Source: Callorhinchus milii (lineage: Eukaryota). From it: DNA of 64,000 nt. Below are positions 1-12,540 of the stretch, one piece after another. The stretch lies in NCBI RefSeq assembly GCF_018977255.1, contig NW_024704742.1, forward strand, positions 109,246,001 through 109,310,000, given 5' to 3'. The first letter of the stretch is position 1; every line of letters begins with the position of its first letter. Made by a program: the position numbers and the translations under genes. The notes under the pieces are model-generated. The model was not told where the DNA came from, made no database searches, and was given only the letters and a program-made list of their open reading frames with translations.

Positions 1-189
1 GGGTCCTAGATCCATAGTCACTGCTATCGTTTGTAAACCGGTATCTTTAATCTGAATAATTCCTTCAGGCAGAGATGACAAGTTAAAATAAACTCTCAGA
101 AACAAATTAGGGATAAGTCCAGATACAGTGGGTGAATTGGCCCTGACATAAGAAATATGTTTAGACTCGGATGCGGGATTCATTTCAAA

Positions 190-508
190 TACAGTGTGAT
201 GCTGGGACTTGGTTCGATTCCCAGTCAGGATGATACTATAGCCAAGTTTCCTTATTCAGCACACCTCTGTTTATTTAGCAGTAAGTAGGCACCCAGTTGT
301 TAGTTGATTGGCTTTCCGGAAGTAATAATCCCTCCAAAACAAAATTTGATCATGCAATCCACAACTGTTTGCATGCAATTGACAACTGTATTTCGCCCAC
401 AAAATATAGAAATATTCCACTTTACAATACATTTGTGAAGTGCTTTTAGACATCTCAACAACGTAATAAGAAGCTATTATTATTATTATTATTTATTATT
501 ATTATTAT
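190..508 (+). mobile_element. Diverged tRNA-derived SINE with (ATT)n tail
   Basis: B-box GGTTCGATTCC; body similar to the copies at 36121 and 62668; ATT tail. Confidence 0.75.
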
Positions 509-1269
509 GAGAGGACTCCAGCATGAGTATTCTGGAAGGGTGAGATCAAATGGACCAAAGGGTCTTCTTCATCCAAACTGATCTTGTGATCTAGCAGTTC
601 TGTGATGAGATCAGCGGTCTCCTTCAGCATCATAAGTTTCTTCATAGAAATCTTCAGTTTCACCCACGAAATATATAGTCAATTCACTCTGTGAAGCATT
701 TTGGGATGTCATGACGATATGATAAGGTGCTATATCAAATGCAAGGATTATTATTATTATTTATTATTATTATTATAAAGTAATTCCTTTCCTATTGAAT
801 GCCAGATTTTTGAAAAGTGTAACAACACAGAAGAAGACCATTGATCCTACCCTGTCTGTCCAATGCTTATTCCTCAGCTGAAGTTTTACAAAATATTTTA
901 CAAAGGTGTGGTTCATAACAAATACCTCAATTATCACTGGTGTTGTGAACAAGTAATCTGCCTGTCTGAATCTGCTTGATTTATGCTGGATTTTCACAGC
1001 ATCTTGCCATGATTTTCACAGTAATTTGCTGCAAAAAGCAAAGAATGAATCATAGTTGATCAGTGTGATTCAGAAATAATTCCACTGAAGCCTGCTTGTC
1101 AAGATCAACATGAGGAGTGATTCCTGAGGCTTTGAGAAGGGCAAACGTAATACTATTTATAAGAAATTGCAGGGCTGACCTAGGAGTCTGACATCCATTA
1201 TAAGTAAATTGTTAGAGGAATACTGAAAGAGCAGTAATGGAACACCTAATTAGATTTAGGATGACAAGA

Positions 1270-1596
1270 AATAATAATAATAATAATAATCCTTGCATTT
1301 GATATAGCGCTTTTCACGTCGGGAGGACGTCCCAAAGCGCTTCACAGAACACACTGTAAAGTGAATTGACTGTATATTTGTGGGCAAACGCGGCAGCCAA
1401 TTGCACACAGCAATATCCCACAAACAGTCGTAGATTGAAAATGACCAATTTATTATTATTTTTGGTTTTGCAGGGATTATTATTAGGCTCTGTGTGGAGT
1501 AAGGAAACTTGCCCAAGGTTTCGCCCTCTGCCTGGAATTGAACTCAGGTCTCTCGCTTGCAAAGCGAGTGCTCTAACCACTGAGCTACAGGACCCC
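1270..1596 (-). mobile_element. Full-length young tRNA(Ala-like)-derived SINE with L2-type 3' end
   Basis: Minus strand has A box TAGCTCAGTGG, anticodon arm CTCGC-TTTGCAA-GCGAG, B box GAGTTCAATTCC and an (ATT)n tail. Near-identical copies at 20861, 42185 and 51168. Confidence 0.93.
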
Positions 1597-3059
1597 CCCA
1601 TGGCTTTATGATGGAAAATTGTGCTTGATAAATGGAGTATGATGAGGATATAACATAATTCTAGGACTTAAAGAGTAACTCAATGGACATTTTATTTTGC
1701 ATTTTCACAAGGCCTTTGACAAAGTGCAGCAAAAGAGGTTGCTTCACTTGTGTTTAATGGAAATATTATTATTATTATATCTTGCCCCCAGCACTCATTC
1801 TTTTTAGAAAACAGCTACATTACAAATCTTTCTACTTATTGTGCTGCCTGTAATTCATTCAAAATAGTATTGGTAACAGGTTAGCTTCCTCCTGAAAGAC
1901 CCCAAAGGGGTCAAATCTTTTTTCTCATTCTCTTACCCATCCACTTACCTCCTGGATTTATATAATAAAGATTCACCTGAGAAGAGAAAAGGTGAATTTT
2001 ATTCATTGTATTTATTTTCAAGATGGTATTTATTTTGTTTCTCGGTAAATATTTTTTGTTCTGCTTTTCAAGCAACAAATAAGTCCCCTTCAGATGTATG
2101 GAGTTGCTGTTATCTACATATCCTCTCCCTTACTAAGTTAGCCCAAAGACTCTTGCTTAGGTAGGCACCAGGGATGGATATATGAGTGTGTGATATATGA
2201 GACGCCAGATAATGCCTGCCTTCCGGGTCTTGTCATCCCAAGCCAAAACGCTTCCTTATCCACTATTTGATGGATAGCCATTGTCGCCCACCAAACAGTC
2301 AATTCTTTTTAGTGTATTCTGTGAAGCGCTTTGAGATGTCTTGAAGACATAATAAAGTGCTATATCAAATGCAAGGATTATTATTATATATTATTCAGCG
2401 TGGTGAATGCACACTGTGCTTAGAAATTGAGCTGAAATGGATGTTGGAAGATGATCTCAACCTTTGCAACTTCTTTGTAGCTGTTTTTTTTAAAAAAAGA
2501 ATGAACGCTGGGGGCAGGATATAAGAATGATATCTCCTAAAACGATCATGAATACAAATAAATGAGAGCCTTCAATCTGAAATAATTACATCCAGAATCA
2601 GTACTTCCCCTGGGATCACAAGTTCAGGCCATAATTTCCCTTCTGCTGTGATAGTCACAACAGGGAATTCATTTACTGCAAAAACATTACCCTCATAATG
2701 TAAACAAACCGCAATCTGTCCACTTCGCCAACTGATACAATCCCCCATCCTCTCCTCCCTTTAACTCATTACCAGTAAACGTGTTAGTTTTCAGGAATTC
2801 TCAGCAGCAACAAGATACGCACACAGGGGATTTCTTCTGTTTTTTTCCCAGTGACTGTGTCTGTCTGTCTGTGTGTGTGTCTGTCTGTCTGTCTGGGAGG
2901 GAAAGATAACACGGGGTGTAGATCAATCACACACAACCTTTCTGAACCGATGATCCTCACTCGGGCTGCTGTGTTGTGGTGGTGTAGCTCCTGTGTGTGT
3001 GTGTGTCTGTGCATATGTTACAAACGGGACAACTTTATGGCGAGTGAGGAGGGTTAATG

Positions 3060-3245
3060 GGATGGGATCGGGACCGTTCGTGACCACACCAGTTGCTCGC
3101 AATAACTCAAGACATTGTTTGGAAGGAAATTAATACCAGACTTCCGCTCCAACGAGAGAGGCTACAGCTTTCGGGGGGTGAAGAGAGAGAGAGAGACTTG
3201 TAGTTCCTGATCGCAAGAGCTGAGAGCAACAGCGCAACTTTAGCT
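3060..3245. promoter_or_regulatory. Candidate promoter segment with ETS-like and ACTACA-type motifs
   Basis: ACTTCCGC at ~3140 (ETS/GABP-like) and GAGACTTGTAGTTCC at 3193-3207 (reverse complement GGAACTACAAGTCTC, similar to the ZNF143/THAP11 ACTACAnnTCCC motif); local CpG enrichment. Confidence 0.4.
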
Positions 3246-3246
3246 C

Positions 3247-4070
3247 TGTGTGTGTGTGTGTGTGTGGGGGGGGGTTAGTGGTGTGTGTGTGGTGGGGGGG
3301 TGTTAGTGGTGGGTGTGTGTGTGGGGGGGGGTGTTAGTGGTGTGGGGGGGTGTTAGTGGTGTGTGTGTGTGGGGGGGGGGGTTGTTAGTGGTGTGGGGGG
3401 GGTGTTAGTGGTGTGTGTGTGTGTGGGGGGGGGGTTGTTAGTGGTGTGTGGGGGGGGGGTTAGTGGTGGTGTGTGTGTGGGGGGTTGTTAGTGGTGTGGG
3501 GGGGGGTGTTAGTGGTGTGTGTGTGGGGGGGGGGGTTGTTAGTGGTGTGTGGGGGGGGTGTTAGTGGTGTGTGTGTGGGGGGGGTTGTTAGTGGTGGGGG
3601 GGGGTGTTAGTGGTGTGTGTGTGTGTGGGGGGGGTTGTTAGTGGTGTGGGGGGGGGGTTAGTGGTGTGTGTGTGGGGGGGTGTTAGTGGTGTGTGTGTGT
3701 GTGGGGGGGGGTGTTAGTGGTGTGTGTGTGTGTGGGGGGGGGGTGTTAGTGGTGTGTGTGTGTGGGGGGGGGGTTGTTAGTGGTGTGTGTGTGTGGGGGG
3801 GGTGTTAGTGGTGGGGGGGGTGTTAGTGGTGTGGGGGGGGGTGTTAGTGGTGTGTGTGTGGGGGGGGGTGTTAGTGGTGTGGGGGGGGTAGTGGTGTGTG
3901 TGTGGGGGGGGGTGTTAGTGGTGTGTGTGGTGGGGGGGGGTGTTAGTGGTGTGTGTGTGTGGGGGGGGTGGTGTGTGTGGGGGGGTGTTAGTGGTGTGTG
4001 TGTGTGGGGGGGGGGTGGTGTGTGTGGGGGGGGTGTTAGTGGTGTGTGTGTGTGTGTGTGGGGGGGGTGT
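3247..4070 (+). repeat. G/T-rich minisatellite, unit ~(GT)n G6-10 TGTTAGTGGT
   Basis: About 30 tandem variable units with a near-invariant GTTAGTGGT core. Confidence 0.95.
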
Positions 4071-4164
4071 TGATCGAGGGCATTGGCAGTCTGACAGTCA
4101 GGGCTCTCCCTCTGTGGCTCTGTGCAAACTAACTGTGTTCCTCTCAGACACACAGACTGCGGCA

Positions 4165-4420
4165 GGAGGCAAGGAGGCAGTGCAGGGCAGGGGCAGGGGA
4201 GGGCAAGGGCAGGGGAGGGCAAGGCAGGGCAAGTGCAAGGCAGTGCAGGGCAGGGCAAGGCAGTGCAGGGCAGGGCAAGGCAGGGAGGCAAGGCAGGGCA
4301 AGGGCAAGGCAGTGCAGGGCAAGGCAGTGCAAGGGCAAGGGCAAGGCAGGGAGGCAAGGCAGGGCAAGGGCAAGGCAGTGCAGTGCAGGGCAAGGGCAGG
4401 GGCAGGGCAAGGCAGGGCAG
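4165..4420 (+). repeat. GGGCA/GGCAA/GTGCA purine-rich tandem repeat immediately 5' of the MCTP1 ATG
   Basis: Tandem 5-6 bp units read directly. Confidence 0.9.
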
Positions 4421-4421
4421 T

Positions 4422-4940
4422 ATGGAGGAGACCCCCCCAGGCCAGGATGATCGCCGGCAAGAACCCCACTCCCTGCAGTCCCGCCTGTGGAGGCATTTCC
4501 ACAAACCCAGACCTCTGCTCCTGGGCTCCAAATCGGGATCGGATGGGAAGGGCGACAGCAGGAGAGCGGCGGCGGCGGCGGCGGCGGCGGCGGGCGGGCA
4601 GACGGGCTTCAGGATGAAGCGCCGGCGGGTGCTGGACCGCGTCTTCTCGTCCTCTCAGCCCAACCTGTGCTGCTCGGGTCCGGCCACCGCCGGGGGCTCC
4701 GGGGGGGTGAGGCTGGAACAGGTCACCCCCCACCCACCCGCACCCCCGGCGGCGGCGGCGGCGGCGGCGACCCACGGCCATCCCCGGGCACAGGGCGATG
4801 CTCCCCCCCTCCGCCTCGGGTCCGCGGTCGCACACCACAAGAGCTCCTCCCTGGGCACCGCGGAGTTCCTGGAGAGGGTCCCGGACCCGGTCGAGGGGGA
4901 GGCGGAGGGACCCCGGGGTCCGCCCCGCTCGGCTGCCTCT
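4422..4940 (+). CDS. MCTP1: Multiple C2 and transmembrane domain-containing protein 1, first coding exon (long isoform, 173 codons)
   Basis: Translation MEETPPGQ...SLQSRLWRHF...KRRRVLDRVFSSSQPNLCCS...HHKSSSLGTAEFLE matches recalled vertebrate MCTP1 N-terminal motifs (FQARLWKN, KKRKQVLDRVFSSSQPNLCCS, HQKSSSLPGTACLE). ATG at 4422; phase-0 donor TCT|GTGAGT at 4940/4941; lies in a CpG island. Confidence 0.92.
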
Positions 4941-5075
4941 GTGAGTAACGCTCTGCCGCGCGGCGCCCGTTACCGGGAGAGCGCTCCTGTCACCTCTCGT
5001 CCCCCCGCACTCCCCGCACTGCCCCCTCGTGCGATGCCGAAGCCCCGGGGCCGCCGGACACCGCGGCCCATCCCT
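4440..5075. promoter_or_regulatory. CpG island over MCTP1 exon 1
   Basis: Very GC-rich with abundant CpG, in contrast to CpG-poor flanks. Confidence 0.85.
4566..4592 (+). repeat. (GCG)9 coding poly-alanine
   Basis: Pure GCG run in the MCTP1 frame; a second (GCG)7 run lies at 4749-4769. Confidence 0.95.
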
Positions 5076-5095
5076 CACACCTCCCTGGAAAAAAA

Positions 5096-6071
5096 GGGGT
5101 GTTGGGGTGGGGGGGGGGGTGTGTGGGGTGGGGGTGTTGGGGGTGATGTGGGGTTGTGTTGGGGGGGTGGGGGGGGGTTGTGTGGGGGTGGGGGTGTTGG
5201 GGGTGATGTGGGGGTTGTGTTGGGGGGTGGTGGGGGGGGTGGGGTGGGGGGGTTGGGTGTTGGGGGGTGGTGTGGGGGGTGGGGGTGTTGTGTTGTGGGG
5301 GGGTGTTGGGGGGTGGGGGGGGGTTGTGTGGGGGTTGTGTTGGGGGAGTGTGTGTTGGGGGTGGGGGGGTGTTGTGTTGTGGGGAGTGTTGTGTTGTGGG
5401 GGGTGTTGTTGTGGGGGGTGTTGGGGGGGGTGGGGGGTTGTGTGGGTGGTGTGGGGGTTGTGTTGGGGGGTGTGTTGGGGAGTGTGTGTTGGGGGGTGTG
5501 GGGGGTTTGTGGGGTTGTGTTGGGGGGTGGGGGGGGGGGGTGGTGGGGGGGTGGAGGTGTTGTGTTGTGGGGGGGTGTTGGGGGGGTGGGGGGTTGTGTG
5601 GGTGGTGTGGGGGTTGTGTTATGGGGGGTTGTGTTGGGGAGTGTGTGTTGGGGGGTGTGGGGTTGTGTTGTGGGGGTGTGGGGGGTTGTGTTGTTGGGGG
5701 GTGGGGGTTGTGTTGTGAGGGGGTGTTGGGGGGTGGGGGGTTGTGTTGTGGGGGTTGTTGGGGGGGGGGGGGTTGTGTGGGGTGGTGTGGGGGTTGTGTT
5801 GTGGGGGATGTTGGGGGGTGGGGGGGTTGTGTGGGGTGGTGTGGGGGTTGTGTGTGGGGGGTTGTGTTGGGGGTGTGTGTTGGGGGGTGGTGGGGTGGGG
5901 GGGGGGTTGTGTTGTGGGGGGTGTTGGGGGGGGGGGGGGGTGTTGTGGGGGTTGTTGGGGGTGTGTGGGGGGTGTTGTGTTGTGGTTGGGGGCTGTGTGT
6001 TGGGGGGGTGGGGTGTTGTGTTGGGGGGGTTGGGGGGTGGGGGGGTTGTGGGTGTTGGGGGGGTGGGGGTG
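5096..6071 (+). repeat. ~1 kb G/T low-complexity tract
   Basis: Almost exclusively G and T (GGGGGTGTTGT variants). Confidence 0.95.
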
Positions 6072-8356
6072 TAGTACAATCTGCAGGCTTCTGGCTTTGG
6101 GTGGGTAACACCTGCCACTTTTCTCTCTTTCTGGCCAAAGGCATCTATCTATTCGCAAAGCAGTTGGCAGCCGCGATGCCACCTGCCTGGCAGCCAACCT
6201 GGAGTTCACGTGGAGTGGAAGTGAAGTGAAGTAGCACGACAGGTTACTTCAGATTGAATTTTTTTTTAGGGTAAAACAATAATTATTTTGGTCACTCACT
6301 CAGTCCACGACCGTTTGTGGGACGCTGCTGCGCGCAATTGGCTGCCGCGTCGTCCCCCCCAAAAAAATAATACAGTCAATACCCTTGACAGACGTCTCAG
6401 AGATGTGATGAGGCACTATATCAAATGCAAGGATTATTATAACTTACATCAGTGTGCTGAAAAATACTGGCTGTCATTTTCAGTGTGTACCGTCAGTAAA
6501 CTGTTGCTACCGACTTAAGGTGTTAAAAAACTCTCTTGCGCACTTGTTTCAAACCCAGACATGCTGCAGTTAGTCAGTGTCTGTAAGCTGCGGTGCAGGG
6601 AAATGGTAAGGACCCACACTTGCACGTAGGTCCTGCAGCAAACTATAAAGCAAGGGATGGATAAAAGCGCTGGAGGCTGGCGCTTCCATATGCCTCGGAC
6701 CTTAGCTACAATCATGGATGATAGTTTCCATTACTGAGTGCCAGCTGACAGCAATAACTTTGCAGTTTGTGTCGATGTAATGCAGGCAGCAGTTTTCAGC
6801 AAGGTACCTCCACAATTCTGTGAGAGGATTTCTACCGCAGCTGAAAAAGCCATTTCGCCCACAAAATATACACTCCATTCACTTTACAGTACATTCTGTG
6901 AAGCGCTTTGAGATGTTTCAATAACGTGATAAGGTTATATCAAATTCAGGGATTATTATATTATTTAAAAGAAAAGTGATTGCACCATTTCTGTTTATTC
7001 GGTGGTGCAAAGAGTGAAAAATGTCCCGCCGCACAAAGTGTTCCATTAATCCTACTCAACGATACTTTTAATTCTTATTTATAATGACATTTGCTTTTGT
7101 CACAGCACTTGTCGAACAGATTGCTGCTCGTGCAAAATTAATATAGATTGCGGACTGGCTGCTGTTTGCTGAGCATTTATTACTTGAGACATGTCGATCT
7201 ACATTCCTCAAACAATGGATTATTTGAAATGTAAGTGCAGAAATGAATGACCAATTCATCAGTTGGATTTGGACGTGGGTGAAATATTATTAATCAGGAC
7301 AGCAAGAGAAATGTCTGCACCAAAAATTGTTGCAGAATAATTACTGTGCCTGATGATGAGGAGAAACAACAAGACGCAATGTAGCATCCCTGAAAAAAAT
7401 TATGCATCTTGTGCATTTTCCCAAATTTGTTACTTATTCCCTCTTGTATGAAGAATCCACTGCAACACTTACTATTTTTTCTTCCTGTATGGGTGTCTTG
7501 TTGAGGAGGAATGCTCAGTAACCAGTTGTTGAGAAGGAGCCTTCAGTGGTTGCCCTCTAATATTTGCTTGCTCCCTGAGAGAGGTTCCTGGCTACTTGTC
7601 AACATCATCTCAAGGCCACACAGTTTGAGATAGAGAACCTGCCACATGGTGAATCACGAATAACAGCACAATCTCAAAAGCCGCAGTGGAAACGCTCTTG
7701 GAGTTATTAATAAGGCAATGGAGTCTTTGGGCAGAGGTTGGAGTCAATCATATCTGTATTTTTACTTATTTTTCATGGGATTTCCCCCTTTGGCTTAATC
7801 TTATAATTATTTGAAAAACATCTAGTAGATAGTGTTAATCACTTAGGTGCCTTCAGGATACTGTACAGATAAATACATACTGCTAAGGTATCAAATATAA
7901 ACTACAGTATACCCACTTTATTGAGTGGTTTACATGCTTCCTGCAAAATCACGTGGACGATAGACTACATTGAATTTTCAATTTTGATTTAAAATATAGT
8001 TTTTGTGTATATCAAATACAAGTATTATTATTATTATGGTATTATTATTATTGATTTTAGTGCACATTATCCTGTACTTCTAATCGACCAGTTGTGCTGC
8101 ACAGTTTATATCAATTCTATGTGAGTTTTGAATTGAACTGGTGCAGGTTCAGCAGTTACAGCTGCAACTGCAATTAGAGAAGCGAGATGATCTCACAACT
8201 ATTCGGCTTCACGCTACGTAAACCATCCTGTATGTTAGTAAAAAGCCATCAGGACCACCACCCCAGGCTTTTAGTAATATTAAAAATGAACTGGCCTGTG
8301 AATGCCACTTATGGGTGCACCTGTGTGCAGATACATGTTAATGTGTAGGTGCACTA

Positions 8357-8866
8357 CAGTCCTTCCCATTTACTTCAAACACGTTTATGTCGGCATCCTG
8401 CTTATGACAATAAAGCAGTGAAGTCCAAGTCACTTCTCCGTACATTTATACTAAAAATGTACTATTTATGTTGAGGTCAACATAAACTCCAGCTCACTTA
8501 TGTCAACAAATTGTTTAGGTCACTAACAGTATTAAAGGGTTAAAGGCATTGTTATATTACAGCTTATGTCAACAGTGAACTCTTAAATGATTATTTTTGA
8601 CTTACGTGACTATCTTTTGTAAAAACGTTAACAACATTTTTGTAAATAAGGTAACAAGAATAGGTGTAAGTAAATGGTTTAGAAATTTTAATTAAATGTA
8701 TGACCCTTTTCTTGAATAAATCCATGAAAATATATGCAGATACCATGTTACAGAAATTTTAATGACAGAATATCTATCGCCCGTCCGTGATCGCCTTGTC
8801 GACAAACCACCTATGTCAACAAAACCCGAGTGGTCCCTGATAGGTCGACATAAGTGGGGAGGACTG
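8357..8866. mobile_element. Non-autonomous Tc1/mariner-pogo/Tigger-type DNA transposon (MITE)
   Basis: TA|CAGTCCTTCCCATTTA ... TAAGTGGGGAGGACTG|TA: imperfect terminal inverted repeats with TA target duplication; internal repeated (C/T)TATGTC(A/G)AC motifs. Confidence 0.75.
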
Positions 8867-10189
8867 TATAAGAAATTCCCTTCAATTTCACTCATCTCTG
8901 GGAGAGCATGAGGCTCATTCCATGCAGGCAGCCAGCTTACAGCATTATACTAAGGGCAACATGTCAAACCAACGACTGTAGCATTACTGCGATATAAGTG
9001 TGGCTGAGCACGCTCTCTGAATATTGATGATTTTGCTTTGCTGGATTAACAGCACTTTTTCATTTCCAATTCGATACGCATGATCTCTATGCATCTACCT
9101 GTCCCAATAAGTGCAGCATTTTAAACTCTCCTACTTAGTGTTGCATCATTGTTTTCTAAAAGTTACTGCCACATGATCTTTCCAGAAACTTAAATAATAA
9201 TAGTAAAACAAACCTACGAAAAAAATTGCCCACCCGTTACTACTACTCCATATGTGCACCAGCTAGTGCACTTTCCTAGTCATCTTCAAAAAATTCTTGT
9301 CCATTGAATCAAGTTGTTCTGTCTTCTTTCCCGGAATTAAACAGTTATTTAAATAACATGAAACAAAGTCAATATGGAATAAATATAACAATATAAACAA
9401 TATGGAATAAACATAAACTTATATCAAAGATCTGCAAGCATTATGGGAGGAAAATGAAGATCAAATAAATAATAAGGTAACAATAGATGGAAATCAATAG
9501 AAAAATAACATATCAGGAATATAATAATATAATCCCTGTATTTGACATAGCGCCTATAATGTTGAGAACATCTTGGAGTGATTCGCAGAGATTTTCTGTG
9601 ACTTGTAGTGTACATGGAGGTGAAATAAATAATAATAATAACAATAAAGGAAATAAACAACAAAGGAAAGCTAAAGGATGAATACGGAAAAAAGATAAAC
9701 TGCATAAGTAGAAAAAGAACAAGTGTGATTGTAAAATTAAATTAGAGATACTTATTGTCAAGGTTGTGTTGACCCTAATAAGGATTGACAGGCAGGTTGT
9801 TATATCTCCATCGGTAGTTCTGATAAAGTGTCATCCAATAGGAACTGGGAATAAAACAACCCATACAAAAATAAAGGGAACGTAGCTGAAGCCTGTCCTG
9901 ACCTTTTACTTACCTTATTTCCAAGAGAGCTCCGTTCTATTTTCTTTCAATTGTATTTCCCTTATTGCTCTCCCATACAAACTGACTTATGAGGATTTTT
10001 AGCCCTGGCTAGCATGGAGAAAAATATAATGGGGGATGAGTATGACAAGATAGTCACACAGATTTTGAGCATGAGCATCTTAGGCGTTCTCATTGGTGTG
10101 TCCTGGTCCAACATTCTTTGTTTGTTGCTTATGTGTGTGGGTATACAAAAGGAACATGTGAGGGAGAGAGAAACAGATAGAAAGACTTG

Positions 10190-10395
10190 AACCAGGCGAG
10201 TGTGGTCCCACTAGGTGGATGAAGGAGGAGAGGTGGTAAAGGAGGATAAAAGATCGACTGTTGAGCTTAGCGGTGAGGTCCGGGAGGACAAGAAGGCATA
10301 GGGAACCCTAGTCACAGAGAGAGAGAGGACATCATTGGTGACTTTGACAAGCGCTGTCTGTACTCTGGGCAGGGAGGAAACCGGACAGGAGAAAG
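10190..10395 (-). mobile_element. L2 LINE reverse transcriptase fragment
   Basis: Similar to 16060-16190 and 28830-29030 (ETALVKVTND.../LDLSAAFDT region, decayed). Confidence 0.75.
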
Positions 10396-11079
10396 ATTGA
10401 AACTATCATGAAACTATATAATGCAAGTTGGTTTTGTTGTTGTTGAGGGACATTGCTGTGCATAAACTAGCTGCCAGGTTCACTTGCAAAATGCACAATC
10501 AGTACACTTTACAGTAAAACCCAGTGAAGCGCTTTGAGACGTGAGCTTGATGCGCAAACTGGAATGTTTCTTTACAGTAGTGATGAAACGAGATGAATTT
10601 TAAATGTTCACACTGTCTGTTTTAGTTTATAGTAGAGCGTTGTGGCGGAACAAAGTGTCACAAATATGGAGTGCTCCATAAAATATGTAGTATATAAGAG
10701 GCATGAAGGCATGGCAGCCTTAATGCAGGTTTAATGATTTATTAATTCACTCAAGTTCTGGTTGAATGGTAGCCATCCTGACCTTTTAATTAAATAGGTA
10801 GATTTTTAGCCACTGCCTTCCTATGTGCACCATTGTCACATTTGAGAAATAGATTTAAGTTAAGATTTTAGCTAGCAAGGGTTGTACCACTTGGTCTCAT
10901 CCAGAAAATTATGTTGAAGGTTAATGTGGCTTTTGCATTACACTTCCAGATTTTTTTATTCCCTCATTCAAATAGTCATAATTTTCTTCACCTCTTTCAC
11001 ATCCTGCAATCAAGCACTATCTATCTCTCAGTTGAGTCACTGTCTGGCAGCCTGTTCCCTGGCCACTGCAATCCTGCTC

Positions 11080-11670
11080 TTGTAACTGGGGTGAGACCAT
11101 TTTCTTCACAGAAGTGAACTGAGGGAGGACAGGGAGTTGATGTCTGAGAGAAATGTGCTGGGAGGTTTTGGTGGCGGTAAGCAATGAGGATTTTGAGGGA
11201 GAGATTGGAGGGAAGGTAGAGCATGAGATGCTCAAAGTAGAAAAAAGAATCAGTGGAGTAAGAGGACAGACTAATTTGGGATCTGGATATCTGCTGCACC
11301 ATGGTTGGAGCAGAGTGTATGGTGCTGGTTTGGCAGCCTTGGTGAGAGGCATGGTGTCAACCAGGGGTGAACCATGGTTTGGTGAGGTCATGAATGTTGA
11401 CGTTTTCTTCTAAGGTGAGATCGTTAATGGGGAGAATGATTGTTGGGACAAGGAACAGTTATTTTTAGAGGGCAATTGCAGGGGACTGTGGCGGAGGAGT
11501 TTGCATTGGGTGGGGGGAGGGGAAGGAGGAGAGTCAGGAAGGGTGGAAATGAGGAATAGAAACAAGAGACTTGTTTCTAGGAGCATGATGAGAGAGCACT
11601 GGGGAGAGATCGGGGAATGATGCAGTCATTAGAGTATGCCGTGAGGGTGAGCATGGCGGAAGATGCAGCA
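11080..11670 (-). mobile_element. Decayed L2-like ORF2 fragment (endonuclease-RT linker)
   Basis: Purine-rich + strand; PWFTP-like motif on the minus strand at ~11365-11378. Confidence 0.5.
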
Positions 11671-12540
11671 GACAAAAGTCTTTGTTATAGAATCACAACC
11701 CTTAAAACATCTTTTGTTCCAGGGCGTACTTCAACTTCCCCTTTCATTTCTTTCAGTTCCTTATCCTCCAAACTCTACCATTCTGTTTGTTAAATTGAGA
11801 AGCCAAGGCCCATAATGTGGAACACCACCAAGGTTGTACAAAATTTTGGAAATTGCAGCAAACAATGATAATAATCTAATAATAATAATTATTATTATAA
11901 CAACAACGACTTCCATTTATATAAGCGCCCTTGAAGCGAATATGCCTTGGAGAGTTTCCTCGCTGATCCACTGGAGAAATTACTCCAATCTCAATTCCCT
12001 GCTCATTTCCTGTAACTTGTTATATTGTTCTTCTTCAAATCTTTATTCAAACCTAAAATTGTCCAATAGATATACATTTCCTGACTTGAAAGATGTGATG
12101 AAGGATTGCATCACAGGGGAAAATAGTCAGGTGAAGCACAATGGTACTATAGAGGTGGCTGAGACTCAGAATCCTCAAGACAAGAGAAGACATTAGTTAT
12201 GTGAAAATCAATAATTAGAGAGAGAGACAATCTTGTCTGCATCCATGAACTGAATTTGTCAAACTTATGTAATAAAGGCTAATTTAATCTGAATTCTAGT
12301 TTCATTTTAGCATATTTCTGTTTCTCTTTGCTACTTTATTTTGCTGAAGTTTTGCATTTGCAGCTTCATTCCTGGTTTCTACCATTTGCTTTCCCTGTTA
12401 ACTCCGAGATTGCCTCTTTTACGAGGTTTCTGCCCTTTATTTTCACTTTTTTTGTGTCTCTATTTTATTTATCAGTCAATTTTTCCTCTTTTGTTCTGGA
12501 AGAATGAGATCTAAACCTCTCACAGCTTGCACAAACTCTC

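Noticed and set aside
1525..1596. Functional tRNA-Ala(TGC) gene
   Set aside because: The tRNA-like head lacks a proper acceptor stem and continues into a SINE body in every copy.
1256..1611. Recurrent ORFs ending KRYIKCKDYYY (also at 20803, 29188, 36265, 51186)
   Set aside because: These are translations of the SINE, not genes.
3247..4070. CRISPR-like or telomeric array (constant GTTAGTGGT with variable spacers)
   Set aside because: The spacers are only GT and G runs, there are no cas genes, the context is eukaryotic, and there are no TTAGGG arrays.
3746..6229. Long overlapping ORFs (up to 650 aa) rich in G/V/C/W or P/T/H
   Set aside because: They result from stop-free G/T low-complexity repeats; only 4422-4940 has recognisable protein similarity and a splice donor.
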